Positions 1 through 9,276 are shown, counted from the first letter of the stretch. The stretch is 64,000 nucleotides of DNA from an uncultured Bacteroidales bacterium (GCA_946631995.1 CAMPAQ010000002.1:98054-162053), one strand, 5' to 3'. Numbers and translations are program-made. Notes: generated from the sequence alone by a model not told the origin.

Positions 1-1666
1 CGTAAACCTCACTGCCGGCATCACCGACGGCCTTGTCGAGCACGGGCTGAATTGACTGCACGGCAACCGGACTCACATCAATGTAGTCTATGTCGGGCAT
101 CCATCCTGAGGCGTTAGACAGACGAATGACATTGTCGCCCTTCTGCAACTGCACACTGACAGTCTTTTTCGCCACCGTGCTCCAGCCTCCGGAATTAACA
201 TTCACATTGTGGACGTCAACACCGTTCACCGAGACGCTGATGTTGCGGTTTTCGCCGCTGATATAGGCGATTGTCAACTGATATTCGCCGCCTTCGCCAC
301 TAAAAACATTGCGCCACTGCAAGTCGTTCTGCCCACTGGTTCCCAACCAGCCGGCCTTCAGTCCACAGCTGCAATAGTCGGCATATTCATAGATACCGGT
401 TTGCGCCGCCTGATTGTTGGTAAGTTCCTGATAGTCGCTGATGTAGGCAGTCTCAGCCTCATATCGGATGCGCTCCGTACGTACCGTGGCATCGGCCATA
501 TAGATGCGTGTGCCGTGCGATGGAACCGTGACGGAAAACTGGTCAGTGTAGTTGCCCAAATCGGACTGAGCGAACAGATCGCGGATAGCGACGGTGCCGC
601 CCAGACACAGATCGGAGAACTGGACGGTTGCCTTCTTTGCCAAATCATTTGGATTATATATGGCAAAAGCGCGCTTCGTACCGTTCAACGTCTTGACATC
701 CTTGACCAGAATATAGCAGCCATTGCTTAAACCGACAACGTATGCCTGCTGGCAGAGAGAATCCTGGTTCAGGGCGACAAGTTCTCTGTTTTTCAACAAA
801 TTGAGCGCAGTTGAGCCGATTGTAGTGAGGTCACAGCCAATGAGCAGCGGCGAATTCATGATACACCACATGCCGAAGTGCGTCTTGTCTTCCTCGGTCG
901 TCATCGAACGGCCAACTTCAAGCATATCCATATCGTTGAAATGGCCGTCGTAACAATATGCACTCATGTAGAGATTCTCGGCCAGGATGCCCTTGACTGA
1001 CTCCCAGCCGTCCCAAATGTCTCGCGTAGTGCGCCAAGAGAAGGCCACATCGTGAACCCACGTGCCAGGATAGTCCCAGCGGCAGACGTTAAGGCGCACA
1101 TCGTCGCGACCTGTGGCCTTGATTGCATTGCAAATTGCGGTGTACCGTTCTTGCGGGTCAAGAGCCAGATGCTGCGTATTCTGAGGTGCATCGCCGCCGC
1201 AGAAGTCCACTTTGATGAAGTCGAATCCGCAGTCCTTGAAATAGAAGTCGGCATCCCGTTGGTCGTAGTTGTAGAGACCCACATTGACGCTCAGTTTATC
1301 GCCATTGTACATATTGCCGCACGTGTTGGCTCCGGCATCGCTATAGATGCCAGCCTTCAAGCCCTTGGAGTGGATGTAGTCGGCCACGACCTTCAAGCCG
1401 TCAGGGAAACGCGTCGGATGGACAATCAGCTCGCCGGTTTCGGTATTTCGACCGCCGAAAAATCCGTCGTCAATGTTGATATGGTCAAAACCGACGGAAG
1501 AAAGACCTGTCGAGACCATCGCATCAGCCTGACGGCGAATAAGCTCGTCGTTGATGTTTACGCCATAAGTGTTCCATGAACTCCAGCCCATCGTGGGGCC
1601 GCCTTGTGCAATCAGACTTGCCTGCGAAACTGCAAGCAAACTGCTAATAATTGTTTTTTCATACAT
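1..1666 (-). CDS. GH27 alpha-galactosidase with C-terminal CBM6/35-like module (partial; 3' end runs off the window)
   Basis: Absent from the ORF track because it has no stop codon inside the window. Hand translation of the minus strand from ATG 1666-1664 gives MYEKTIISSLLAVSQASLIAQGGPTMGWSSWNTYGVNINDE...GFDHINIDDGFF...DCGFDFIKVDFCGG...DMLEVGR (GH27 hallmarks). This is followed by RYEAETAY...VNGVDV...GGWSTV (CBM6/35-like). The frame stays open to nt 2. Confidence 0.85.
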   Translation of the reverse strand, partial: MYEKTIISSLLAVSQASLIAQGGPTMGWSSWNTYGVNINDELIRRQADAMVSTGLSSVGFDHINIDDGFFGGRNTETGELIVHPTRFPDGLKVVADYIHSKGLKAGIYSDAGANTCGNMYNGDKLSVNVGLYNYDQRDADFYFKDCGFDFIKVDFCGGDAPQNTQHLALDPQERYTAICNAIKATGRDDVRLNVCRWDYPGTWVHDVAFSWRTTRDIWDGWESVKGILAENLYMSAYCYDGHFNDMDMLEVGRSMTTEEDKTHFGMWCIMNSPLLIGCDLTTIGSTALNLLKNRELVALNQDSLCQQAYVVGLSNGCYILVKDVKTLNGTKRAFAIYNPNDLAKKATVQFSDLCLGGTVAIRDLFAQSDLGNYTDQFSVTVPSHGTRIYMADATVRTERIRYEAETAYISDYQELTNNQAAQTGIYEYADYCSCGLKAGWLGTSGQNDLQWRNVFSGEGGEYQLTIAYISGENRNISVSVNGVDVHNVNVNSGGWSTVAKKTVSVQLQKGDNVIRLSNASGWMPDIDYIDVSPVAVQSIQPVLDKAVGDAGSEVY

Positions 1667-2332
1667 TTTGAATAAGGTTCCGGGGCGCAAATATACATAT
1701 TGTTTACCATTCCCGAACACTCATTGTCAACATTTTCAGTGTACAATCCATTACAAAGTATATTGTATTTTTTGCATCGAATAAATAGAACACATAAAAG
1801 GGAAAATAGGCCATCAGCAAATTCGCGCTACGCGACATTCCTAAAGCAACTACTCAGCGAATATTATTAAGGAGTGCCCCCTTCGGGCAGAAATCCAACA
1901 AATCTATTCAGAATCTGTCAAATCTCTACAGGGAGTTTCTATAAATGTCATGTTGAGCAACGCGAAATATATCTCTCTATTAATATTTTGAGATTCTTCA
2001 CTTCGTTCAGAATGACAATTCTTAGAAGTTCTCTAAAATTTTTGCTGTAGGAAATTTCTATAAATTGCCTTTGCAGGGAGTCTCCAATTCTCCAATTCTT
2101 GATTTTTTAAATTTGCCTGTATGGATTTGTAAAGATTTGAAAGATTTCCCGCCGTAGGCGACTCAAAAAGCTGATTCACTGAACATTCACCTCATTCTCT
2201 GCAAATCAGAAAATCTCAAATTCTCCAATTCTTGATTTTTAGAAATTTCTAAAAAAGCGTGACGGCCGCATCAATCGCGATGCAGCCGCCACCTCAACTC
2301 AAAGGGAAATTCTTTTTTCTATCTTATCTTAT

Positions 2333-2674
2333 TCATCCAATCTTTTTACGCTGGCAGTACCGCTCACACTGCGTACAGATGTCGTAGCCGAGCATTGCGC
2401 CGAGTATGAAGTCCTCTTCGGGCGACAACTCGTTGAGCGGACGGGTGACGAACAGACGGATCGCGTCGAGACATTCGCGTCGGCCGAAATAGACGTTGAT
2501 GTTTTCGCGGCAGGCAGGCTGGACAACGCAGTCGATGCCCTGATGCTGCAAGCGTTGCGTGGTGAACTGCTCGTAGCGGCGGTTGCACGTGAAGAGCACC
2601 ATCTGACGCACGCCCTTCTTGAACTCGTAGATGTGGTTCATCAGCACATTCATGTCGGGCGGCAACAACTCCAT
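2333..2674 (-). CDS. DUF2023 family protein
   Basis: Frame of ORF 2333..2785. The core MNVLMNHIYEFKKGVRQMVLFTCNRRYEQF...NINVYFGRRECLDAIRLF matches the ~115-120 aa DUF2023 family. A TATCTTTG box at 2772-2779 lies inside the long ORF, which excludes the ATG at 2785. The start is at 2674 (MELLPPD) or 2746 (MEQTC); this is unresolved. Confidence 0.65.
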   Translation of the reverse strand: MELLPPDMNVLMNHIYEFKKGVRQMVLFTCNRRYEQFTTQRLQHQGIDCVVQPACRENINVYFGRRECLDAIRLFVTRPLNELSPEEDFILGAMLGYDICTQCERYCQRKKIG

Positions 2675-2771
2675 GAATGTTGTTCGCGCTGCGGACTTCG
2701 GGCTGCGGACTGTCGTCCGTCCTGGCATTGCACAAGTCTGTTCCATATCTTTGCTTATTGATTTTCGGCTG

Positions 2772-2779
2772 CAAAGATA
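2772..2779 (-). promoter_or_regulatory. Bacteroides-type -7 box TATCTTTG (DUF2023 gene)
   Basis: The plus strand reads caaagata, so the minus strand is TATCTTTG, an exact match to TAnnTTTG. It is followed by GCAGCCGAAAAT, as at other promoters in this window. Confidence 0.45.
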
Positions 2780-2822
2780 GGGCATCGCCGATGCGCCCGC
2801 AATACCTAAAAGATGTGGTTTT

Positions 2823-3006
2823 TAAGTAGGTGTTCAAAATTATTTGACTATATTTTTCAGAGATTGGGATGCAGATTTTGGTTTTGGCCGATGGCGCAAT
2901 GTGACATTGTGCCTGAGGACAAGGCCGGAAGATGCGCCCAAGAATGAAAAAGATAGCTTTTGGACAGCCTACATGATATTATAAAATAATTTTGAACAAC
3001 TACTTA
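2823..3006. repeat. 25-bp imperfect inverted repeats flanking ~135 bp (MITE-like or long hairpin)
   Basis: The left arm is 2823-2847, TAAGTAGGTGTTCAAAATTATTTGA. The reverse complement of the right arm 2982-3006 is TAAGTAGTTGTTCAAAATTATTTTA, giving 23/25 matches. Confidence 0.5.
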
Positions 3007-3017
3007 TGTCCGATGGC

Positions 3018-5141
3018 TCACTTCACAAGCACTACGCGACCTCCACGGACACGCAATCCGCGTGTGGCGCTACCCGACTTGAGCTGTAGGCCATCCAAGG
3101 TGTAGTCGGCCGACGATGAGCCATCGGCCATAACCCCGATGCACCCGATGCCCGACGCGCCGCTCTGACGCTGCACCTCGATGCTGACCACATAGATGCC
3201 GCCGCCCGACACTGCAAGCGACACTGCGCCATCGGCCACGACCCAAGCCTCGCCCGTCTTCTGGTTGCCGTCGGTGAGCATCGAGGCCACGCTGAGGTTG
3301 TGGGTGGTAAAACCGCGCTGGGCCGACGAGTTGGCCGACTTCCACGTCACGAGCACCTTGTCGTCGCGTTGCAGTTCGGGCAGGGCGATGATGCTGCCCT
3401 CCTTGTTCAGACGGATGCGGCCGCCGCTGTAGATCTGCAATTTGCTTGCGGCCGATGTGAATGTCAGACCCTCAGCCTCGGCAATGGCTGCCCCGTTGGC
3501 CGTAAGCTCGACGCCGTTCAGGGCCGATGCGTTGGTGTAAGATGTGCCGTCGGACGTCCAGAGTGCGGCATCGGCCGAAAGGTTGCCTTTTGTGGCCGAC
3601 GAGAAGGTCGAGAAATCCCACTTCATGATGGTCTGGAACTCGTTCGGCTGGGTCACATTGACCGTGACTTCGGCCTCGAAATTGCCATACAGCTCGTCGC
3701 TGACGGTGGCCGTGAGCGTTGCCGTGCCGACCCCGACCGCCTTCAATGCGCCCGATGTGCCGACCTCGACGACCGACGGGTCGCTGCTCGTCAACGTGTA
3801 GCGTGCGCCGACGTAGTTGCGGACCGGCAGGAAGATGTCGTTGCCCAACAGCACATCGTAGGAAGTCGCGTAGAAGCCGAACGTCTCGTCGCTCAACGTG
3901 TTGTAGCCCAACGGCATGAACATATCGTCGAGCGTGGCACCGGCTCCGTGTGCGGCCGTGAGCACCGTCGGCACATTGGCGCAGCTGATTGGCGTGGCAT
4001 AGGCATAGGGCACGGCGACACTGGTCGATGTGGAGGTGTAGCTGAAACTGTTGTTGCGGGCATAGATGTAGCGGCGTTCGCCGCTGCCCGTGAGCGGAGA
4101 GTTGACGCCCGAAGCCGCGTAGTTGCCCTCGACGAGCGCGGTGACGTAGGTGTTAAGCGTCATTCCGGCAGCATTGCCCGCGCAGTTGTGGTAGTTGTTG
4201 ACGAGGTGGAGCCATGCATCGTCGGCCTGCGGAAGGCGTCGCTGGCAGCCCTTGCCCCAGATGTTGTAGCCCCAAGTAACGTGCAGCACGTCGCTGTGGT
4301 TGGACACCCAGCCAAGGCCGCAGGTGTAGGCGTGCGAGTAGCTGCGCGAAGTGTAGTAGAAATGGTTCCACGTGTAGGTGTTCCAGCCGCCGCGAGTGTC
4401 GAGCGCGCCGTCCTGCGAGTCGATGAAGGTGCAGTGATCGACCCAGAGGTGAGTGGCGTAGGCATCGTAGAGCAAGTCGGCTCCGTCGATATCGACCGCG
4501 CCGGGGCCTTGCAGCGTGAGGTTGCGCACGATGACGTTCTGGCACGTTGCATCGAACATGAAGATGCCGGCATTGTTGGGCAAGGTGTAGGCTCCCGTCT
4601 TCTGGTATTGCAGCTCCATCAGGGCCTTTTTGGTGAAGAAGGCGCGGCGGTCGCACGTCAGCGTAGTGCCGTCGGGCAGCGTGCCGGTGTATTGGTCGGT
4701 GCTGCTCAGACCCTCCAGACCCTGGCTCTTGAGGTAGGCGATGTCGCTGTCGGTGAGGTAGAACTGCGTGGCGAGCACGGCGTTGTTGCGGCCCACGATT
4801 GTCTTGTTGACCGCATTGGAGATGGCCATCTGCGAGGCGATGGTGAACTGTCCGGCCGAACCGTCGAGCACGATGATGTCGTACTGTGCGATGGCTGCCT
4901 TGATGGCCGACGCATTGTCGCCGCCGTTGCTGGTCAGCACGATGGTCGATGGCTGCGCCGCACGCATACCGCCGTCGAGCTGGTAGGCCGTGCCCGATTC
5001 GTCACTGCACGAGGCCCAGCCCCACGCTTTTCCGTCAAAATAGTCGGCAGCATCGGTGTCGGCCCATGCTGCATTGCCCAACGTGGCGCAGAGAGCCAGC
5101 AGGCAGGTGGCCTTTCGGCCGAGAATCATTGGATTTTTCAT
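3018..5141 (-). CDS. PL1 pectate lyase with Ig-like (Big_2-type) segment and T9SS-type C-terminal domain
   Basis: 707-aa ORF with a signal peptide (MKNPMILGRKATCLLALCATLGNAAWA). PL1 motifs are THLWVDHCTFIDSQDGALDTRGG and GCQRRLPQ. There is a Big_2-like stretch YTLTSSDPSVVEVGTSGALKAVGVGTATLTATV and a C-terminus YTLDGLQLKSG...GGRVVLVK. Confidence 0.85.
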   Translation of the reverse strand: MKNPMILGRKATCLLALCATLGNAAWADTDAADYFDGKAWGWASCSDESGTAYQLDGGMRAAQPSTIVLTSNGGDNASAIKAAIAQYDIIVLDGSAGQFTIASQMAISNAVNKTIVGRNNAVLATQFYLTDSDIAYLKSQGLEGLSSTDQYTGTLPDGTTLTCDRRAFFTKKALMELQYQKTGAYTLPNNAGIFMFDATCQNVIVRNLTLQGPGAVDIDGADLLYDAYATHLWVDHCTFIDSQDGALDTRGGWNTYTWNHFYYTSRSYSHAYTCGLGWVSNHSDVLHVTWGYNIWGKGCQRRLPQADDAWLHLVNNYHNCAGNAAGMTLNTYVTALVEGNYAASGVNSPLTGSGERRYIYARNNSFSYTSTSTSVAVPYAYATPISCANVPTVLTAAHGAGATLDDMFMPLGYNTLSDETFGFYATSYDVLLGNDIFLPVRNYVGARYTLTSSDPSVVEVGTSGALKAVGVGTATLTATVSDELYGNFEAEVTVNVTQPNEFQTIMKWDFSTFSSATKGNLSADAALWTSDGTSYTNASALNGVELTANGAAIAEAEGLTFTSAASKLQIYSGGRIRLNKEGSIIALPELQRDDKVLVTWKSANSSAQRGFTTHNLSVASMLTDGNQKTGEAWVVADGAVSLAVSGGGIYVVSIEVQRQSGASGIGCIGVMADGSSSADYTLDGLQLKSGSATRGLRVRGGRVVLVK

Positions 5142-5264
5142 CGGTTAAAGTGTTTTTCGATTTTCGGTGCAAAGATGCTCATTTGCTTATAAAAAGGCGA
5201 TTCCGTTCTGTTCATTGTCTGCTCATGATACGAAATGCACCCATGTTAGAGACAAAAAGTGCCG

Positions 5265-5303
5265 CAAAAAAGGGACATCGGCCTCGACAACCGACATCCC
5301 TTT
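5265..5303 (-). terminator. intrinsic terminator after rnr
   Basis: The minus-strand RNA reads AAAGGGAUGUCGG-UUGUCGAGG-CCGAUGUCCCUUUUUUGCGG. The 10-bp stem is fully paired only on this strand (two G-U pairs) and is followed by a U6 tract, 60 nt past the rnr stop. Confidence 0.65.
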
Positions 5304-5364
5304 GTTTCAAAATTCCGCACCATCGGCGGTGAAAAGGCTGCTGCTACGCGGATTTCGGCGCGCG

Positions 5365-7530
5365 TCAGGCCAGCACGAAGTCGATTGTGCGACGTTCCAT
5401 GTTGACCGCAGCCACCTGCACGCGGAGCTTGTCGCCCAAGGTGTAGCGCTTGTGTGTGCGACGGCCGATGAGGCAGAAGTTCTTCTCGTCATAGACGTAG
5501 TGGTCGTCCTTCAGGTCGCGCACAGGCACGAGGCCCTCGCACTTGCTTTCGTCGAGTTCGACGTAGATGCCCCACTCCGACACGCCGCTCACAGTGCCGT
5601 CGAACACCTGCCCCATGCGCGCGCCGAGATATTCGGCCTGCTTGTACTTGATTGAGGCGCGTTCGGCCGTGGCGGCCAGCTGTTCCATGTCGCTGCAGTG
5701 CTTGCACTCCTCTTCGAGCTGTTCGCGCGGCACGCTGCGTCCGCCCTGCAACAGGTAGCGGTCGAGCAGTCGGTGCACCATGCAGTCGGGATAGCGGCGG
5801 ATGGGCGACGTGAAGTGCGTGTAGTAGTCGAAGGCGAGGCCATAGTGGCCGATGTTCTCGGTGGTGTAGATGGCCTTGGCCATCGAGCGGATGGCGAGCA
5901 TCGACAGCATGTTCTCCTCCGGCCGCTCGTGGATTTCGTTCATCAGGCGGTTGATGCCCTGGCTGATGGTGCGGTTGTTGCCCGTGGCCGGCATCTCGTG
6001 GCCGAAGCGGGCTGCGATCGATGCGAGGTTTTCGAGCTTTTCGGGCAATGGCTGGTCGTGCACACGATAGACGAACGGCTTCGGCTTCTTGGCATTCTTG
6101 CCCTTGGCGCGCGGGTTGCCCGTCACCTTGCCGATGGCCTCGGCCACTGTGCGGTTGGCCAGCAGCATGAACTCCTCGACGAGCTTGTTGGCATCTTTCG
6201 ACACCTTGAAATAGACGCTCACCGGCGTGCCCTTCTCGTCGATCTCAAACTTCACTTCGGCGCGGTCGAAGGCGATGGCACCCTCGGCGAAACGGCGCGC
6301 GCGCAACTGCTTGGCCAGACGGTCGAGCTGGAGCACCTCGGCCGCGTAGTCGCCCTGACCGGTCTCGATGATGTTCTGGGCCTCCTCGTAGGTGAAGCGG
6401 CGGTTGGAGCGGATGCAGGTGCGCACGATGCGGCTCTTGAGCACGTTGGCGTCGTCGTCCATCTCGAAGATGCAGCTGAAGGTCAGCTTGTCCTCGTCCT
6501 GGCGCAGCGAACAGAGCTGGTTGCACAGCTTTTCGGGCAGCATCGGGATGGTGCGGTCAACGAGATAGACCGACGTGGCGCGGCTGAACGCCTCCTTGTT
6601 GATGACCGAATCGGGCTTCACGTAGTAGGTCACGTCGGCAATGTGGACGCCGGCCTCCCAGTTGCCGTTGTCGAGGCGGCGTAGCGAAAGCGCGTCGTCA
6701 AAGTCCTTGGCATCGGCGGGGTCGATGGTGAAGGTGCAGACATCGCGCAAGTCCTCGCGGCGTGCAATCTCGTCGGGCGTACAGCCGTCGGCAATGCGGT
6801 CGGCCGCCTTCTCGACGTTCTTCGGATAGCGGTAGGGCAAGCCGTATTCGGCCAGGATAGCGTGCATCTCGGCACTGTTTTCGCCATTGCGGCCAAGCAC
6901 GTCGGCCACCTTGCCGATCGGGTTTTTCGAGAATGCCGGCCAACGCTGGAAATCGACCACCACCTTGTCGCCGTCCTTCGCCTTGCCGAGCAGCTCGTTG
7001 GGGATGTAGATGTCGCGGTCGAGGGCGCGGTTGTCGGGCACGACGAAGGCATATTTGTTGTTCTTCTGCAACACGCCGACGTAGCGGTGCGGTGCACGTT
7101 CGATGACCTCGATTACGCGGGCCCTCGGGCCGATCACGCCGTGTATGTTGCGGCCGTGTATGCGGCCCGGCACCTTCTGTATGCGCACCTTGTCGCCCGA
7201 AAGTGCCTGCATGTCGTCGTTGTCGAGCACGGTGAACGGCACGTCGTAGCCATCGACCGCAACCTGATGCATTCCGTTGTGGCGACGGTCGAACACACCG
7301 ACCAGATTCTCGCCCTTCACCTGGCTCAGCGAATAGCGGCCGGGCGTGTCTTCGTGCAGGAAGCCCTGTTCGGCCAGCATGGTGAGCGCCTCATAGACGT
7401 CGGCACGGTTGCTGCGGCCGAAGATGCCCATCTCCTGCGAAATCTGCAAATAGTTGTATGAACTGTTCGGATGCTGGTTGTACCACTCTGTGATGCGCTC
7501 CAACAGTTTGACTGATGATGATTTTGCCAT
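5365..7530 (-). CDS. rnr: ribonuclease R
   Basis: 721-aa ORF. RNB-domain motifs are TFTIDPADAKDFDDALS, VYLVDRTIPMLPEKLCNQLCSL and HYGLAFDYYTHFTSPIRRYPD. The C-terminal segment is S1-like (GTVSGVSEWGIYVEL). Confidence 0.95.
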   Translation of the reverse strand: MAKSSSVKLLERITEWYNQHPNSSYNYLQISQEMGIFGRSNRADVYEALTMLAEQGFLHEDTPGRYSLSQVKGENLVGVFDRRHNGMHQVAVDGYDVPFTVLDNDDMQALSGDKVRIQKVPGRIHGRNIHGVIGPRARVIEVIERAPHRYVGVLQKNNKYAFVVPDNRALDRDIYIPNELLGKAKDGDKVVVDFQRWPAFSKNPIGKVADVLGRNGENSAEMHAILAEYGLPYRYPKNVEKAADRIADGCTPDEIARREDLRDVCTFTIDPADAKDFDDALSLRRLDNGNWEAGVHIADVTYYVKPDSVINKEAFSRATSVYLVDRTIPMLPEKLCNQLCSLRQDEDKLTFSCIFEMDDDANVLKSRIVRTCIRSNRRFTYEEAQNIIETGQGDYAAEVLQLDRLAKQLRARRFAEGAIAFDRAEVKFEIDEKGTPVSVYFKVSKDANKLVEEFMLLANRTVAEAIGKVTGNPRAKGKNAKKPKPFVYRVHDQPLPEKLENLASIAARFGHEMPATGNNRTISQGINRLMNEIHERPEENMLSMLAIRSMAKAIYTTENIGHYGLAFDYYTHFTSPIRRYPDCMVHRLLDRYLLQGGRSVPREQLEEECKHCSDMEQLAATAERASIKYKQAEYLGARMGQVFDGTVSGVSEWGIYVELDESKCEGLVPVRDLKDDHYVYDEKNFCLIGRRTHKRYTLGDKLRVQVAAVNMERRTIDFVLA

Positions 7531-7585
7531 ATTCCTTAAGGTTTAAGTTTGTAAGGACGAACCTCCTCTCCTGCTTACATTTCGG

Positions 7586-7593
7586 CAAATATA
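7586..7593 (-). promoter_or_regulatory. -7 box TATATTTG upstream of rnr
   Basis: The minus strand reads TATATTTGCCGAAATG, 56 nt upstream of the rnr ATG. It is an exact TAnnTTTG match. Confidence 0.45.
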
Positions 7594-7891
7594 GCGAAAT
7601 TTCGCGACTTGCAAGGTGAAGGAGGGAAAAAACAGTGAAATCTCAAAATCGAAGACTTTATATTTCGGTGACAAATGGCTTGTCGATCAGGTTGCTGAAA
7701 CATCGTTATGAACGTAATCTTTACAGCTTTCTTGGCTTGACAAATGACAACGCCGAAATATCATTTACATGGTTCTTAAAGAGAAATACTAAGATATTCT
7801 TTGCCTTTCTTTTTGTGCGAACAAAAAAAAACTATCTTCGCGACAACAATACGCTATAATTCATATTTCAACATTCAACAACTCAGCCATT

Positions 7892-8062
7892 ATGGGAACC
7901 ATGAAGTTTTTTGACAAGAAGATACAGTTGAAAGACAAAACGAACTCGTTTGACAAAACCAGTTCCGATGCATTGTGTGTCGATTTGAAAAAGTCAGTAA
8001 AAGTGCTGTCTCACAAGCAACTGAAAGAGAACAGGAATCCTCTTTACACTTACCTTATCTAA
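7892..8062 (+). CDS. hypothetical 56-aa protein (first ORF of the low-GC cassette)
   Basis: Below the ORF-track size cut-off. Hand translation gives MGTMKFFDKKIQLKDKTNSFDKTSSDALCVDLKKSVKVLSHKQLKENRNPLYTYLI, ending at TAA 8060-8062. It directly abuts the next ORF and is in the same frame. I recognise no family. Confidence 0.3.
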   Translation: MGTMKFFDKKIQLKDKTNSFDKTSSDALCVDLKKSVKVLSHKQLKENRNPLYTYLI

Positions 8063-8638
8063 ATGAACGAGAGATTCTATCCTTGTGCTTTCATCATGAA
8101 TGATTATTCTGAGAAAGACAAGAATCTGAATTATATTGCGTATTACCGGTTCAAGTCCCTTAAATCCAATCTCTTTTATATCGTTCGGGTGGAAGTATAT
8201 GACAAACATGTTTACGGTCTCAAATTTTATTTGAAGAAGATGAATTTCTCTCGCCGGAAGTATTCTTTCATCACAAACACCAATGAACCAAGAACGATTA
8301 TCTACACGATTTTTCATTTAATGAAGGAAGAGATTTTGAGGAATGACTCAATGGCCTCTTTTATGTTTGTCGGCAATGCGGATGAAGGCATGAACTATGA
8401 AAACACCAGAAGATACCGATTCTACAGCCAAATGGTAAGAAATACAATCAGTGACGAATTTTTCTTGCACATTGTTTCAGACAAAGTCAGTCTTTATATT
8501 TTGCTGAACAAACAAAATGCAAAGCGAGAGCCCGAACTCCAAGAACTTGTTATCGACGAATTCTTTCAGAGATTTGTCCAAGAGGAGACCGTCTCAAATC
8601 CAGATGCTGAAACACTAATCGATTTGAACAGATATTGA
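8063..8638 (+). CDS. hypothetical 191-aa protein (low-GC cassette)
   Basis: ORF track. The AT-rich codon usage is clearly unlike the neighbouring genes. No family is recognised (MNERFYPCAFIMNDYSEKDKNLNYIAYYRFKSLK...). Confidence 0.5.
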   Translation: MNERFYPCAFIMNDYSEKDKNLNYIAYYRFKSLKSNLFYIVRVEVYDKHVYGLKFYLKKMNFSRRKYSFITNTNEPRTIIYTIFHLMKEEILRNDSMASFMFVGNADEGMNYENTRRYRFYSQMVRNTISDEFFLHIVSDKVSLYILLNKQNAKREPELQELVIDEFFQRFVQEETVSNPDAETLIDLNRY

Positions 8639-8744
8639 CAACAAGGGGCTGAAGTCGGCCGAGTTGAAACTGGCTGAAGCCATAGTAGAGGAGAATCGTG
8701 AGATTATCACTGCACGTTGGAACGAATATTTTAAAAAGTACTGA
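8628..8744 (+). pseudogene. DUF4160 remnant (C-terminal ~35 codons only)
   Basis: A stretch with no ATG translates as DNKGLKSAELKLAEAIVEENREIITARWNEYFKKY*, with TGA at 8742-8744. This resembles the C-terminus of the intact DUF4160 paralog at 13498-13788 (..EVLKIAVEYRERLLHQWNLF..). DUF2442 follows 2 nt later, as in intact pairs. The N-terminal ~60 codons are missing. Confidence 0.5.
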
Positions 8745-8746
8745 TC

Positions 8747-8971
8747 ATGATGGAAATTAAGAAAATCTGGCTCACACCAACCGAGATTTGGGTGCAGACC
8801 GCTGACGGCCAAAAGGCCTGTGAGCGCTTTGCCGACTACACGGCACTGCGCAACGCCACACCCGCCGAGCGCGAGCAATATACGCTCTCGCCATACGGAA
8901 TCCATTGGGAGCATCTGGACGAAGACCTCTGTTATGAAGGTTTCTTCCGACATAAGACTGCAAATAAATAG
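8747..8971 (+). CDS. DUF2442 family protein
   Basis: 74 aa. The C-terminal motif YGIHWEHLDEDLCYEGFF is typical of DUF2442. Confidence 0.75.
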   Translation: MMEIKKIWLTPTEIWVQTADGQKACERFADYTALRNATPAEREQYTLSPYGIHWEHLDEDLCYEGFFRHKTANK

Positions 8972-9001
8972 TCCAGATTCCCCCTCACTCACAGAAAATA
9001 T

Positions 9002-9045
9002 CCGCCGAGATTCTCAACTGAAGAGAGCCTCGGCGGTTTGCTTTC
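9002..9045 (+). terminator. putative terminator after DUF2442
   Basis: CCGCCGAG (9002-9009) pairs with CTCGGCGG (9029-9036) and is followed by TTTGCTTTC. The loop is long at 19 nt. Confidence 0.45.
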
Positions 9046-9276
9046 AGCGAAATTGCTCACGTCCGACTGTCTCGTGTATCGTCAGAGAACGGACAGCAAT
9101 TAATTCTGAACACTTACTATGATACGAGCTTGCGAAAGTGGATAGCTCTGCATTTCTGCAAGTCTTTTTATGTCCAATGGCTCTTTTTGTCCAGTCAGCC
9201 TGTCACAGCAACCGATTATGTGTGCAATTTCACACAAGATTCTGCGCAAAACGCACAACAAAACAAAATGCTACCT

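Noticed and set aside
3300-5192. 630-aa plus-strand ORF covering the whole pectate lyase locus.
   Set aside because: It is an antisense shadow ORF of a GC-rich gene. The composition is R/A/G/V-rich low complexity with no recognisable motif, and it is fully overlapped by a clearly recognisable PL1 gene on the other strand.
7994-8992. Minus-strand ORFs 7994-8317 (107 aa) and 8615-8992 (125 aa) in the low-GC patch.
   Set aside because: They are antisense to the 191-aa ORF and to the well-recognised DUF2442 gene, and I see no motifs.
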